A stretch of 64,000 nt of DNA from Phoronis australis. Taxonomy: Eukaryota > Animalia > Phoronida. The first letter of the stretch is position 1. Each line of letters begins with the position of its first letter. The stretch is taken from positions 1-64,000 of the forward strand of contig NMRA01001015.1 in assembly GCA_002633005.1 (NCBI GenBank), written 5' to 3'. The notes under the pieces are model-generated. The model searched no databases. It saw nothing but the letters and a program-made list of their open reading frames with translations, and was not told where the DNA came from. Positions 53,101 to 64,000 of the stretch are shown here, in pieces. Made by a program: the position numbers and the translations under genes.

Positions 53101-55207
53101 ACCAGCTCAAACTCCTGCGGGTATCTTAATGAAGCTGAGTTGCCAATTAAACAAAAAGCTGATGTGGATTTGACTTTTGTTTTCAACTGGTTAAAGGAAC
53201 AGNATAGTGTTTTTGTGGAATCGGAATTTTGCGTTGTCAACAACAACTCGACCAGCTCAAACTCCTGCGGGTATCTTAATGAAGCTGAGTTGCCAACTAA
53301 ACAAAAAAAAGCTGATGTGGATTTGACTTCTGTTTTCAACTAGTTAAAGGAACAGGTAGTTCCTACAGAGCACGAATTGTTCCTATCTAGTCCGTCAGCA
53401 AAGTTTTACTGGATAAACAAAGATCGGTTTTATATTCAAGGTGATGTATTGTTCTGAAAATCATACCATCGGCGGCTCATCAGGGTATTTTCCGGACTAA
53501 GTCAAAAATAAGGTTAAAATATTTCTGGTATGGTTTGACGAAAGATGTCAAACAATTCATAGGTTCCTGTGGGGCCTGCAATCAGAACAAGCAGGGCAGT
53601 AGACGTGGTCGATTTCCGATGATTCGTTATCATGCTGGTGCGCCGATGGGACGGGTTCATGTATTTTCTGGGGCCATTACCTGTGACAAACCGCGGTAAT
53701 GAACATGTTTTAATGATCGTTGATCAGTTCACCAAATGGGTCGAGTGCATTCCATTACCTTCCCAAACGGCTGAGGTCACGGCCCATGCGGCGGTCAACG
53801 AGTTCTTCACACGGTTCGGATATCCGTTTCATATTTTTTCAGATCAGGGAAGGAATTTCGATAGCAAACTTTTTAAGTCACTGTGCGACCTCCTACACAT
53901 AAATAAGTCAAGAACAACTCCATACGAATGGACAGGTAGAGCGATTTAATCGCACGCTCATGGACACGGTGAGATCTCACGTGAGGGATTATCAAGACGA
54001 CTGGGATATGTTTATTCCGCAAATTGCTGGGGCGATTCGCTCATCAGTCAACCGACATACTGGNGCCTGCAATCAGAACAAGCAGGGCAGTAGACGTGGT
54101 CGATTTCCGATGATTCGTTATCATGCTGGTGCGCCGATGGAACGGGTTCATGTGGATTTTCTGGGGCTATTACCTGTGACAAACCGCGGTAATGAACATG
54201 TTTTAATGATCGTTGATCAGTTCACCAAATGGGTCGAGTGCATTCCGTTACCTTCCCAAACGGCCGAGGTCACGGCCCATGCGGCGGTCAACGAGTTCTT
54301 CACACGGTTCGGATATCCGTTTCATATTTTTTCAGATCAGGGAAGGAATTTCGACAGCAAACTTTTTAAGTCACTGTGCGACCTCCTGCACATAAATAAG
54401 TCAAGAACAACTCCATACCGTCCGTCTGCGAATGGACAGGTAGAGCGATTTAATCACACGCTCATGGACGCGGTGAGATGTTACGTGAGTGATTATCAGG
54501 ACGACTGGGATATGTTTATTCCGCAAATTGCTGGGGCGATTCGCTCATCAGTCAACCGACATACTGGTTTCTCTCCAAATATGGTGATGTTGGGACGAGA
54601 AACAAATCAGCCGATAGATCTTATATTTCCGGTGGTCACGTCAGTTAATAATCAACCATATGGTGATTATGTTGGGAGACTTCAAGGGGCAATAAGCAAG
54701 GCTCATGAAACGGCGCGTCAATTTCTTCAAACTAGTCAATCTTTGATGAAACGGGACTATGATCTTTCAGTGTTTAAGCGCGTGTTTCATCTGGGTGATC
54801 TTGTGTATATCTTTGACTCGGCAACCGTGAAAGGAAAATGTAAAAAATTATCTCCTCCGTGGAAGGGGCCGGGCATTATTACGGAAGTCTTAACTCCAGC
54901 GTTGTACCGGGTAAGAGTTAAGAATTCAGTTTCGGTAGTTCATCATGACAGAATAAAATTATGTACAACGCAATATACAGAATTGCCTGATTGGTTAAAA
55001 AGAGTCATTTCTGCTGGAAATGTCATCAACACCAATACCGGGAATAGGGATCCGGAACTTTTTTGCATTTGTCGCAAGCCCGATCACGGAGGGCTCATGA
55101 TTCAGTGCGACTCTTGTGATGACTGGCTTCATGGGGAATGTGTTGATATTACCGCTACTGATGCAAGGGAAATTGACACTTATTGGTGTCCTCGGTGTAA
55201 GCCATAA
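50130..55207 (+). pseudogene. pol: Pol polyprotein (protease, RT, RNase H, integrase, PHD), disrupted in this assembly
   Basis: PR AIIDCGADSTII; RT YCIDYRKLN, MPFGL, AFLDDILV; RH DCDASD, TRKELLAV, RTDHNSL; IN VHVDFLG, FSDQGRNF, GQVERFN, WKGP. Frameshifts near 51270-51390 and 52760, stop at 52555, duplicated blocks at n 53203 and n 54064. Confidence 0.93.
53960..55207 (+). CDS. Integrase core + C-terminal PHD finger
   Basis: DDE motifs as above; C4HC3 pattern LFCICRKPDHGGLMIQCDSCDDWLHGECVDIT...YWCPRC at ~55058-55200. Confidence 0.9.
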   Translation: MDTVRSHVRDYQDDWDMFIPQIAGAIRSSVNRHTXACNQNKQGSRRGRFPMIRYHAGAPMERVHVDFLGLLPVTNRGNEHVLMIVDQFTKWVECIPLPSQTAEVTAHAAVNEFFTRFGYPFHIFSDQGRNFDSKLFKSLCDLLHINKSRTTPYRPSANGQVERFNHTLMDAVRCYVSDYQDDWDMFIPQIAGAIRSSVNRHTGFSPNMVMLGRETNQPIDLIFPVVTSVNNQPYGDYVGRLQGAISKAHETARQFLQTSQSLMKRDYDLSVFKRVFHLGDLVYIFDSATVKGKCKKLSPPWKGPGIITEVLTPALYRVRVKNSVSVVHHDRIKLCTTQYTELPDWLKRVISAGNVINTNTGNRDPELFCICRKPDHGGLMIQCDSCDDWLHGECVDITATDAREIDTYWCPRCKP

Positions 55208-55251
55208 CATCATTATGATGTAATAATTACATAACCATGTTTTTGTTGTAG

Positions 55252-56087
55252 ATGTCCAGTTCGCCTGTTTAGATGTTCGTTTGCGAACGAACCCAGACCT
55301 TCCAATAGCGACCTTCAACGAAGGTGAGTCCGGGGCTGTTGAGGTAGTCCCTATGGATGCAGAGTCAGTAGTGGGTAAGTCAACTGAATGCCAAGGTGAA
55401 GTGGATTGTACAGTTGCGGCTGTAGACGAAACACAGTCATCGATTAAAACGCCAGTTAGACCTGCGGGAATCTCGGGGTCATCTAGTCAGTGTTCGGTAA
55501 GTTCTGCGGGTCTTCCATCTCCCTCCTTTTCGTGCCCGTTATGTCCTTTTACGGGGTCGGAGGCCGTGTTTCGGGCACACGCCCTATTACATCTTCCGAA
55601 AATATTCAATATATCATCTATTCACATGCTCGCGTTTCCGGGGTTACAGCGTCGTCGCGCTTGGGCGATTCTTCGCCTGTTTTCTTACATAGAGGGCAGG
55701 GAATTGGTGTCATACAGCGATTTGATGGATATGGGGGGGTTGATCGTGCGCAGTTTGCCATGTATACCATCTGTGTTGTTGGTTGACGAGGTGTCGATGT
55801 TCTTAATATGCCGTGTGATGGGATGGCCGATACCATCTCGTTTTATCGCACCGGATGGTCGCTTAGAGAATCCAGCATGTGTGTTCCTCTTGTATATTAT
55901 TTTGGGGATGATGGCACGCGTGTCGGAGGCCCTTCGCTCTGAGTGGATCCGTTGGTGTGATGAAGAGTCCGCATCTACCGAAATGCAGGAAGTAACATTT
56001 ATTCCTTTAGCGGCGCCACTGCATCAGACATCTACTGGGGTAGACGTTGCGTCGACTCCTACGAACGGACCGGTGAATGCACCATAA
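55252..56087 (+). CDS. ORF3 N-terminal part: Ser-rich linker, C2H2-like finger, helical domain of unknown function
   Basis: CPLC-x11-H-x3-H (CPLCPFTGSEAVFRAHALLH). Same frame as the TatD ORF, separated only by one TAA at 56085-56087. Polypyrimidine acceptor TTTTTGTTGTAG ends at 55251. Confidence 0.7.
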
Positions 56088-56099
56088 GCAACGGGGCCT

Positions 56100-57087
56100 G
56101 TGACTACATCGTTCACCACTTTTGCTCAGGTAGTTGCAGAGGGTTCGTCTAGGCCTACTGCGATTGGAACGACTGTTGCGGCCGAGTCTATTTCAACTCT
56201 GCGCAAAGTAAAAGCGGATCCTCAGGCTTTGGACTCGCATTTCCACATTGATAGGTTATCTGTGGCCCATCGTGAGAAAACGGGCGTACGGACAGTGGAC
56301 AGATGGCTGTCAGTACCAGAACTCCTGGCGGCAGATATGTGCAGGCAACCGACGGTGCCAGTGACCCTCTGTGGGGGGATCATGGTTTTTTGCGATGCAC
56401 ATGACTTTCGCGTTGACCTGGGTGCCTATTTGAAACAGCTTCCTACGGGATGGAAGGCAGTCGTAGGCATCCATCCTAAACAGCTCTCCAAATTGGATTT
56501 CCGTGCGTGGGAAGTTATGTTGGGGTTGCTGTCAGAACCAAAGGTAGCAGGGCTTGGGGAAGTCGGATTGGAACAAGGTAGGGACGAGGTATGGCAGGCG
56601 CGTGCTTTAGAAGATTTGATAATTCATTTTTGTCGGCTGGAAAAGAAAAAAACTGAATATCGTAGGAAGGTGCTAGTGATTCACCTGCGAGGGGCCAAGC
56701 ATGATGTTCATTATGATTGGGGTTTTGCTACACTCCGTGAGATTTTGCGGCGTCATGCTCCGCGGAGTATTCGTATGCACTTATACACCTTTGTTGGAAA
56801 TACAAATGTCGTGCGCGACTTCTGTGAGGAATTTCCTTCGTGTTATTTTGGCTTTTCAGGTTTGGTATGCAGGTACAACCGCTGGCAGGTTGCAGCGTTA
56901 CGCGCGGTTCCTCTGCAGCGGTTGTTGTTGGAAACCGATTCCCCTCACCTTCCGGTAAATACTAAACCTAATTACCCTCAGTTTATAGGGGAGGTCGCGG
57001 AAGTTGTGGCAAAGCTAAGGGGGGGTGTCCACTAAGGTGGTTCTGGACGAGAGCGTTCGTAACGGACGAAGGTTATACCGATTATAG
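56100..57087 (+). CDS. tatD: TatD-family metal-dependent DNase domain (ORF3 C-terminal part)
   Basis: DSHFH, VGIHP, GLGEVGLE, VLVIHLR, YFGFSG, LLLETDSPHL in TatD order. Removing one G from the run at ~57019-57025 restores the typical ending RGVSTKVVLDESVRNGRRLYRL* (stop 57085-57087). Confidence 0.9.
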
Positions 57088-57608
57088 AGGGGCGTGGGGG
57101 TGGTATATGAGATATTATAGAAATAATAGTTTTTTTCCCTTTTCTATATATTTTTTTTGTATATGCCTCTTTATTTTACATTTAGGGGCATTTCCGTCTC
57201 GTCTGTTCGGACATCTTGTGGATTATATTAGTTGTTTCTTTTTTGTTTTTTGTTTTTTTTTATGTATTAAGTTCTTACTTGAGAGTAAGGGGATGGGTTT
57301 TTGGTGTTTTTTTTTGGTTTTTCCTTTTCGTTGAGTGCCCTTTTCTTTTTAGAGTCAATAGGTTTTGTTTTTAGTCATTGTTCTTCAGGCCACTATGTTT
57401 AGGATAATTTTCTTTTGGGAGGGACGGTTTAGTTGTGAAGTGCTACTAACGTCACATCAAATGTTTTTTTTTTTTCATTAAGTTATTTTATTTTTTCTTT
57501 CTTTCTGCGAAACTAATTGATGTTTCTTTTTGTTACATTTGGTACGACTGTTGGTCTTCTAACATTTGTTTGGGGATATTAGGAATTAAAGTTAGGCATG
57601 TTCTTTTT

Positions 57609-57621
57609 AGGAAGGGGGGAG
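57609..57621 (+). promoter_or_regulatory. Polypurine tract
   Basis: AGGAAGGGGGGAG immediately before the 3' LTR. Confidence 0.9.
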
Positions 57622-57897
57622 TGTCGTGAACGAGTATTCTCTCGTTGTGTGGCGTCATGTGGTGTTGTCTTTGTTCGTCTCTGTGTGTGTGGTGTTGACA
57701 TAGTGAGCCAGTGATAGGTCACGTGACTCTGGGCACGAGGGGAAAAATCGGGGAGTCTATGAGAAGGTGTGGTGAAAGATAGACGCTCTGGAGAGTGAAA
57801 CTAGAGGCGCTCTCAAAAGTGTGACACTGATGGCAAGTCCGGACAAGAAGTTAGGTAAGTTGGCTGTATCTGATGAATTATAGGCCACGTTACTATA
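57622..57897 (+). repeat. 3' LTR
   Basis: Direct repeat of 48171-48446, followed by the GGAT TSD. Confidence 0.95.
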
Positions 57898-58047
57898 GGA
57901 TTTAGGCATGGGGGCCATGCCCCCTCCACTAAAATTCTCCCAGATTCCATTTGGCAGTTAGGTAGTGCGAATGTCAGACAGGCAAAATCCTGGCTAATAA
58001 AAACTCTGCCCTGGCACCCCAAACTCAAAATCCTGGATCAACCCCTG
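57898..58047. mobile_element. 3' remainder of the CAGTGGCGGAT MITE interrupted by the Gypsy element (5' part 48160-48170)
   Basis: Aligns with 46074-46224. Confidence 0.85.
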
Positions 58048-58664
58048 AAGAACACAACAATTATCAGGGCTCGACATAACGAGCTGCAGGTCGCATTTGC
58101 GACCTGAAATTTGGAAATGCGAGCTGAGATTTTTGTCNAAATTAATGAATTTGGGTGAGGATATTATCTCTTCACAACTTGCTATGTTCGTAAACACAGT
58201 CACAGAAGCATGCGTCAACTCGGAGCATAAATTCTCAACCGTCGTATGCATGCAGACGCTCAACTCCCTCAAGATCACAACTACGTTTTGTCTTCATTTT
58301 CTGTGTCATCTTTCTGTCATATGTACACGTCATCGACTCAATATTATGGCGACTCAGTGAATGAAAGGACTGAGGGTACACATGGTGCTGCTCTGTGTCT
58401 GGTGTGAGATTTAATTTAAGTGACAGCCTTATAACCTTTGACCTCGGTTAAGTTGTAAACAAATTTCCATGCCGTTGTCTGGCTCCAAGGTGGTTCTGCT
58501 AAATCTTTTTTCTCGCTACACTGTATACATTTCGTATTTGAAGTTCCCGAGAATGAAGATAAAGCATTTTGTTAGACGTGAAATGTTGTAAAAATGACCA
58601 ATTCTTGTGAATAAGGTTCGAGATATCCTTAAGACCCAACTTGTTATTACATATGGATCATAAT

Positions 58665-58843
58665 GCCATGACCTATAGAGAGATATGCTGCAACACTCAT
58701 GTTGGTATGCCATGACCTATAGAGAGATATGCTGCAACACTCATGTTGGTNGCCATGACCTATAAGAGAGATATGCTGCAACACTCAATATGGATCATAA
58801 TGCCCTGACCTATAGAGAGATATGCTGCAACACTCATGTTGGT
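58665..58843. repeat. Minisatellite, ~42-50 bp unit x ~4
   Basis: GCCATGACCTATAGAGAGATATGCTGCAACACTCATGTTGGT repeated. An n join at 58751 makes the copy number unreliable. Confidence 0.85.
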
Positions 58844-61007
58844 GAATTCGATAACCAAAACACACAATATGACCAGTATCACTTTTGATACTTTATAGTA
58901 CAATGACACTTGCAATGACTGCAAAAATGCAGAAACTAAAGTTATAGATAAGATGTAACACACATGTATTCTGATAAATGACATATCGACGATAACTCAT
59001 TTCATTACCCCCACAGACAGGTGATGGAAAACCTAAAATGCTGTCATAATTCGAAGAGTAATTCTATTATTCGGCCACAGTAAAACAGAAAACTATATCA
59101 TTGCCTTGGTATTCACCAAATGCTAAAGACTTGAATCTGTAGAATCTGAATACAATTACATAACCAGTAAATACCTGACAGTGTTTATTCTTTAATTTCT
59201 CTTAAATTTAAAAAAAGTGTTTACACTCCAACAAGGATTCAGTCAGCTGACAACAAAACATTAACATAATGTACCTGAACCTGGTTGGTGTACGTCCTAC
59301 GCGCCTTGGGAGGGACAGCCTTACACCCCCTGTGCCGTGATAAGTCTATGTGGTAAGAACACTTATACACTTGTGGCTTAACACAGACGTCACTGCCTTG
59401 TAAACAATACACTTCATCCATGGAGCCCATGATGGGACAAGGTACAGAAAGACTTCGCATAACAAGAGTCAAGGCATCCAGTGAAAGCAACAACTTTCAC
59501 TTTCACACACTTTTCTCGCGTAGACAAAACAGGTCTGCACTGCCCCACTTCCTCAGTACACACACGCTTCACCTATAGTCTTCACACAGACTGGGGTTGC
59601 CAGGAACAATGTCGTGTCACACATTGGCAGTTGTAATTCACCTCATTAAAACCAAGCACATTAATTCAGTTCAAGGGTCTCTCTCCCATCTAACAGGGGT
59701 ATTCATCAGGTGTTTATCAAAGTGTCACAACAAGCAAATGCAGCTTCAGGTGTCTACAGCAAGCTTGAGTTTCACGGCATCTTATTTCGAGGTTTACTTT
59801 GCAAATGTGCAGACAACTTTAATTCTGCCTTAAGATAAATTCCTGACCTCTAAGCAAAGAGAAAAGTACGTCGTCCAACTCTGCAACATTTATAAAGCTG
59901 TTGAAACACACAGCAGTCCGTTTGCTACGCTGCATCCGACAGCAAGCACTCCCAACTTAAAATTTCACTACATTTTAGAGAGCCTGTGTGAAAATTTACT
60001 CCACTATATCTGACTAGGTTCTGTAACACAGTTCCACAGCACTAATCCATGGGACATACTTAAACAGTATAAGACCATATGAACACTATTAACAGGCACA
60101 CTAATTAATCTCTATGCAATCAATCAATAAGTCTACAAGTGATCCATAAGCTAAAAGAGACAATAACACAATACTTATCAACCTACGAACACAGGCACAT
60201 GCACGCACGCACGCACACACACACAGAGGAAAACATAATGAATAAAAAGCTTTCTAGAGGGCGCCACTATGAGAAACTATATGACAAATGATGATGATTA
60301 TGACAGTGGCAGCAGCAGTGGCAACAACAGCAGGAAATCAGTCAAATAAAGAGCAGTCACCATAAAATGTCAAATTACTAAAAATGGTATGATGTAGCTA
60401 AAATGGTGGCACAGTACCCATAGTGCTTCCTTACACACCAAGTTTCATAAAGCTCCCCCACAAGAGAGTGGTGATATGGGTCTGGCACATGAAAAGTTGG
60501 AAAATGGCCACTATAGCGCCATCTTGAGTCCTATTTTAACCAAAAAACAACAGGCCTGAAATTATTGACAAGTCACATGTTGAGAGTAAATTTCTTAGGT
60601 CTGCGGAACATAGCCTTTATACCTACGAACATAAAAGTGGCAAAAATATGACAGGCTGGACAAAAAATTTTCCCCAAGTAATAATACGCAAGCACATACA
60701 AACAAGCACACCCATACTTGTATCATTCTTAGACCTACTGCAGACAATGGCAAGAAATGATCTTACTCTATTCACTTACAGTGAACACTAACTTCCTCCA
60801 AATATCGTTAATAACAAAATTCTGCAACAAATAAAACAACTTGCCAGTCTTCCTAAATTCTCAACCTACACCAATCCGTTAACACAGAATTCAAATCCAT
60901 GCATAAGTAATCAAATTGTACATCAAACATTGAAACCTATGAATGCACAATTTGTGGAAAGCTTCTTAGCAAAGCTCAAGAATATTTTTGTTTTTTAAAG
61001 TCTAACC

Positions 61008-63213
61008 CAGGGCTCGACATAACGAGCTGCAGGTCGCATTTGCGACCTGAAATTTGGAAATGCGAGCTGAGATTTTTGTCAGCTCGTATCAAGTCGCAAA
61101 ATGCGACCTGGAATTTCCAACGAATGCGAGCTGAGTTTTTACACTTCTCAACAGATATCTGGCACATACAAAGCAGCTCTTGTTAATCCGACCGTTATTT
61201 GGTCGTTGCCAAATCCAAGTTCAAAACAACACTAACGAGAACAGCCCTCCCGATGACTTGTAAGCAAGTCGCGTGAACATGGGATATGCAGAATCGATCT
61301 TCGACGCGTTTCATTGGCTAACACTTTCGGCCACTTTTGTAAATTCCCGGATTCGCCGAAGAAAGTTTCGGGCCACTGCTTAACACGTGATAAAACTTCA
61401 CAAAACAACGGTGTTTCTATTAATTCTTAAGCGATCAACTTACCAAACTTTGTGGTGGGCAAAAATGTTTAGTTTTTCATATAAGATGTCCTTATTACAT
61501 GTACCAAATATCCACGACAAAATCCCTGATATCGCACTGCGGCACCGTCAGTTAGCGCGCAAGCGGTCCCGGCAGACAATCGTGACTTAGACTGAGATGT
61601 GCTTCTCCTTTTAATCGTATTAAGACAGCCAAAGTGAAAATTACAACCTTATTAATCGCCAAACGACGGTCACGTCTTTACTTTCAGTTGCCAAGAAATT
61701 CTCAAACCCCCTTACTTGTTTCTGGGGCTACGTGCGCGAAATATGATTTGTCTTTCACACGTACGTTGCCAACGTAAAGTGTAGGCCTACTCCAGCGATG
61801 AGCATGTGCGTGAACTCACGCGTGGGCACCACTTCAAAGAACAGCGACAGCCCTAAATGAAAGAGTATGTCGGCTTGGCTCTGGTTTATTTGAAAATAAA
61901 CTCAGATTCCCAGCGGTTATAAAAGACCCGATGTACCGGGACCGATATACATTGTAACCCCGAGAACTGACGTTTTCCTGTTCCGATGTTTCCCGAGGTC
62001 TATGTTCTGTAAATCCTGTATTCTATGCCCGTAGCCAGTTATTGCAACTAAACTGGCACTAGATGCGAAATTGTGGTTCAAGTTAGCGAACTTTTCATTC
62101 TTCTCTTTATACCCCCCGCCAACTTTTCGCTCCCCAAACCACCGTCGCCGTAAAATGTTCAGACTCACCTATAGAAACAACCTTGTTCCGGCTGAAGCGG
62201 ACAGTTAAAAACAAAATCGTTCCGGGTGGCTAAAAAGGGTACAATGTAGGTGGTTACGATATCCAGAAGTCACCCCTACGAGATGGAGTTTGCCTCGCAA
62301 AATCGTATTATTATAACGTTTCTTACCATTGCAGCATTTTAATATCTTATTACCGCAAACACTGAGGTTAACGACTATACTCACGCACAAGCTTACCCCC
62401 TACCTTTAAAGTGTTTCATAATTAGCGCTCACTGATCTATTAAAAGTCCCCCCTTAAATTTTGAGAATTTCCAGTGAAGCGCCCACAGTTCAAGCTAGCG
62501 CCCATCATAGCGTACTACAAACGACCGCGTGTGATTTAAAATTGTCACGCAGCTTATATGGTGTGTCTCTTTCATTTTACACAACTTCAGTTTTCATAAA
62601 CGTCTTTTCACAATATGTAAAAACCAAATCCCGGCTTTGTTTTATACCTCGGAAAGAAAGTTAACACTAGTGACTTGCGTGTCGTTTTGTGACTGACCTA
62701 TTTTTCCCGTACTTGGAAGGTATTGCGGAGCAAACTCGCCATTACCCGAGTTAGTTTGAATCGTTAACGACTTTGATGACAGCCAGTAGCAGGCCAGATC
62801 TAAAAATATCCCGGATACTTTTTCAAGGGACATTTTCTCCCTTTTCACATCGCAAATTTAGCTACTCGAATGCAAAAGTCAGTTAGAGAGCACTGATCAT
62901 TCAACTTTCACGTCGGCAACTTGCCTTGCGCTCTAGAGTCTTTCAATGGAGGTCGTGAAGAACAGTAAGGCCGTAACCTACATGAATGAAGTCAATATTG
63001 AGATCCGAAATTTGTGAGTATTTAACGCTGCAGGTAAGAACATAATCTAAACATTTTCTCGATGATCTAAAAAATCTATTTTGGCGCGTAAAAATGGCGG
63101 AAAAATTTTGCGACCTGGCATTTAGGAATGCGAGCTGGATTTTGAAAATGCGACCTGGGATTTTGGCTAGGTCGCAAAATGCGACCTGGCGATTTTAATA
63201 GCGTCGAGCCCTG
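61008..63213. mobile_element. 2.2-kb non-autonomous DNA transposon (hAT-like termini, 5-bp TSD)
   Basis: Perfect 11-bp TIR CAGGGCTCGAC/GTCGAGCCCTG, TAACC TSD, subterminal TGCGACCTG/CAGGTCGCA arrays, no transposase ORF. An identical left end at 58064-58137 is cut by an n join. Confidence 0.85.
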
Positions 63214-63789
63214 TAACCTCAACGGAATTTTGTTATTTAAGATGTATTCGGCTAACCAGGTACTCCTAGCAAAGCCTTAGCAAAACAAGAAAATCTGAGT
63301 TTGATCACGCAAATGTAGGCCAGTTAAATGATAGGTAAAGCTGCCTTTTCGTGCCATATTGCGTCACCGCGAGATTCCTGCGCAAAAAACAAAAGGTCGA
63401 TAACAGTTGTATTGAATAGGGATCTGCATAGAACACCACTGTGTGCGGGTGCTATTCGCAGCTGTTTGAATCAAAAGGTGATTCTCGCAGTGACGTAGAC
63501 AAAAGCAAACCAATACACCTAACAGTTCGTTACATTTGACTATTTATGGAACTAGTGGACTCAAAGCGATGCTCTTAATATACTGTAGGATCCAAATTTA
63601 CAGGTGTTACCATTCAAGATAGGCTTTAATGTCTTACTCTCTTGCATGTATTACGCTATTATTAATGTATTACCGTGTGTCAATAGGTACTTATGTGTAC
63701 GCCAACAAAAAATTTGCTGCAATAATGATTACATCTGTTGAAAGCATATTTTAGAAATTAGGATCTGTGACTAACAGTACATTAGCGAT

Positions 63790-64000
63790 GACTTCCGGTA
63801 AAATGGCGCCAGCACAAAACGTGCGTTTTGCTAGTCTGTAAATTTTCAAAGTTATCTTCACCTTGCTGCTTGAAACGGGACGTACAAAAAGAGCCACATC
63901 ATCTCCTGCACCAAAAGACGGCGAGGAAGTGCCAGAGAATGAACCAGAGTGGTTTTCATCATTAAAGAGTGAGTTGAAAAGGTCTAATATGGAGATTATG
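63790..64000 (+). mobile_element. Possible 5' end of a non-LTR retrotransposon or a gene start
   Basis: GACTTCCGG + AAAATGGCG (ETS/YY1-like), followed by an open frame KRATSSPAPKDGEEVPENEPEWFSSLKSELKRSNMEIM running off the window. Only suggestive. Confidence 0.3.

Larger units (their letters stand above)
48171..57897 (+). mobile_element. Full-length Ty3/Gypsy LTR retrotransposon (gag, PR-RT-RH-IN-PHD, extra ZnF-TatD ORF), mutated
   Basis: Two 276-bp LTRs, GGAT TSD (48167-48170 / 57898-57901), PBS, PPT and Gypsy domain order. Inserted in a MITE whose halves rejoin when the element is removed. Confidence 0.96.

Noticed and set aside
53054-54564. Apparent duplicated integrase and linker segments
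   Set aside because: Both repeats begin exactly at single-n joins (53203, 54064); this reflects overlapping contigs or a mix of element copies, not a double-integrase design.
56100-57087. TatD as bacterial contamination or a host TATDN gene
   Set aside because: It lies between matched LTRs with TSD and PPT, is contiguous with pol without an n join, and is intronless; it belongs to the element.
57107-57334. Hydrophobic Phe-rich ORF as a possible env or membrane protein
   Set aside because: By-product of the T-rich 3' UTR; no signal peptide, cleavage site or ectodomain.
58665-58843. Regular repeats resembling a CRISPR array
   Set aside because: No unique spacers, no cas genes, eukaryotic context; it is a minisatellite.
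59230-60050. Possible coding or decayed retroelement sequence
   Set aside because: No long frame or recognisable motif could be read.

Overview
Intron-containing, AT-rich animal genomic DNA (probably an invertebrate draft assembly; single-n joins and one long N gap). From start to end: (1) two tandem copies (~6.9 kb apart) of a four-coding-exon gene for an unrecognised ~442-aa secreted, cationic coiled-coil protein with hydrophobic segments, resembling a membrane-active toxin; (2) a head-to-head pair of cyclophilin B (PPIB) paralogs with identical intron positions, one with a remodelled substrate pocket; (3) a SPATA2-like PUB-domain gene; (4) a full-length but mutated 9.7-kb Ty3/Gypsy LTR retrotransposon (48171-57897; 276-bp TG...TA LTRs, GGAT target duplication, tRNA-Ser PBS, PPT, -1 frameshift pseudoknot) and a truncated second copy. 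The element is the main finding. Its Gag starts with a helix-hairpin-helix motif and its integrase ends in a PHD finger. In the env position it carries a C2H2-finger + TatD-nuclease ORF that appears to be expressed by splicing from an 8-codon mini-exon inside the LTR. Many non-autonomous TIR elements with 5-6 bp target duplications are also present. Several near-identical tandem duplications at single-n joins are assembly artefacts. All calls were made by eye; no database searches were run.
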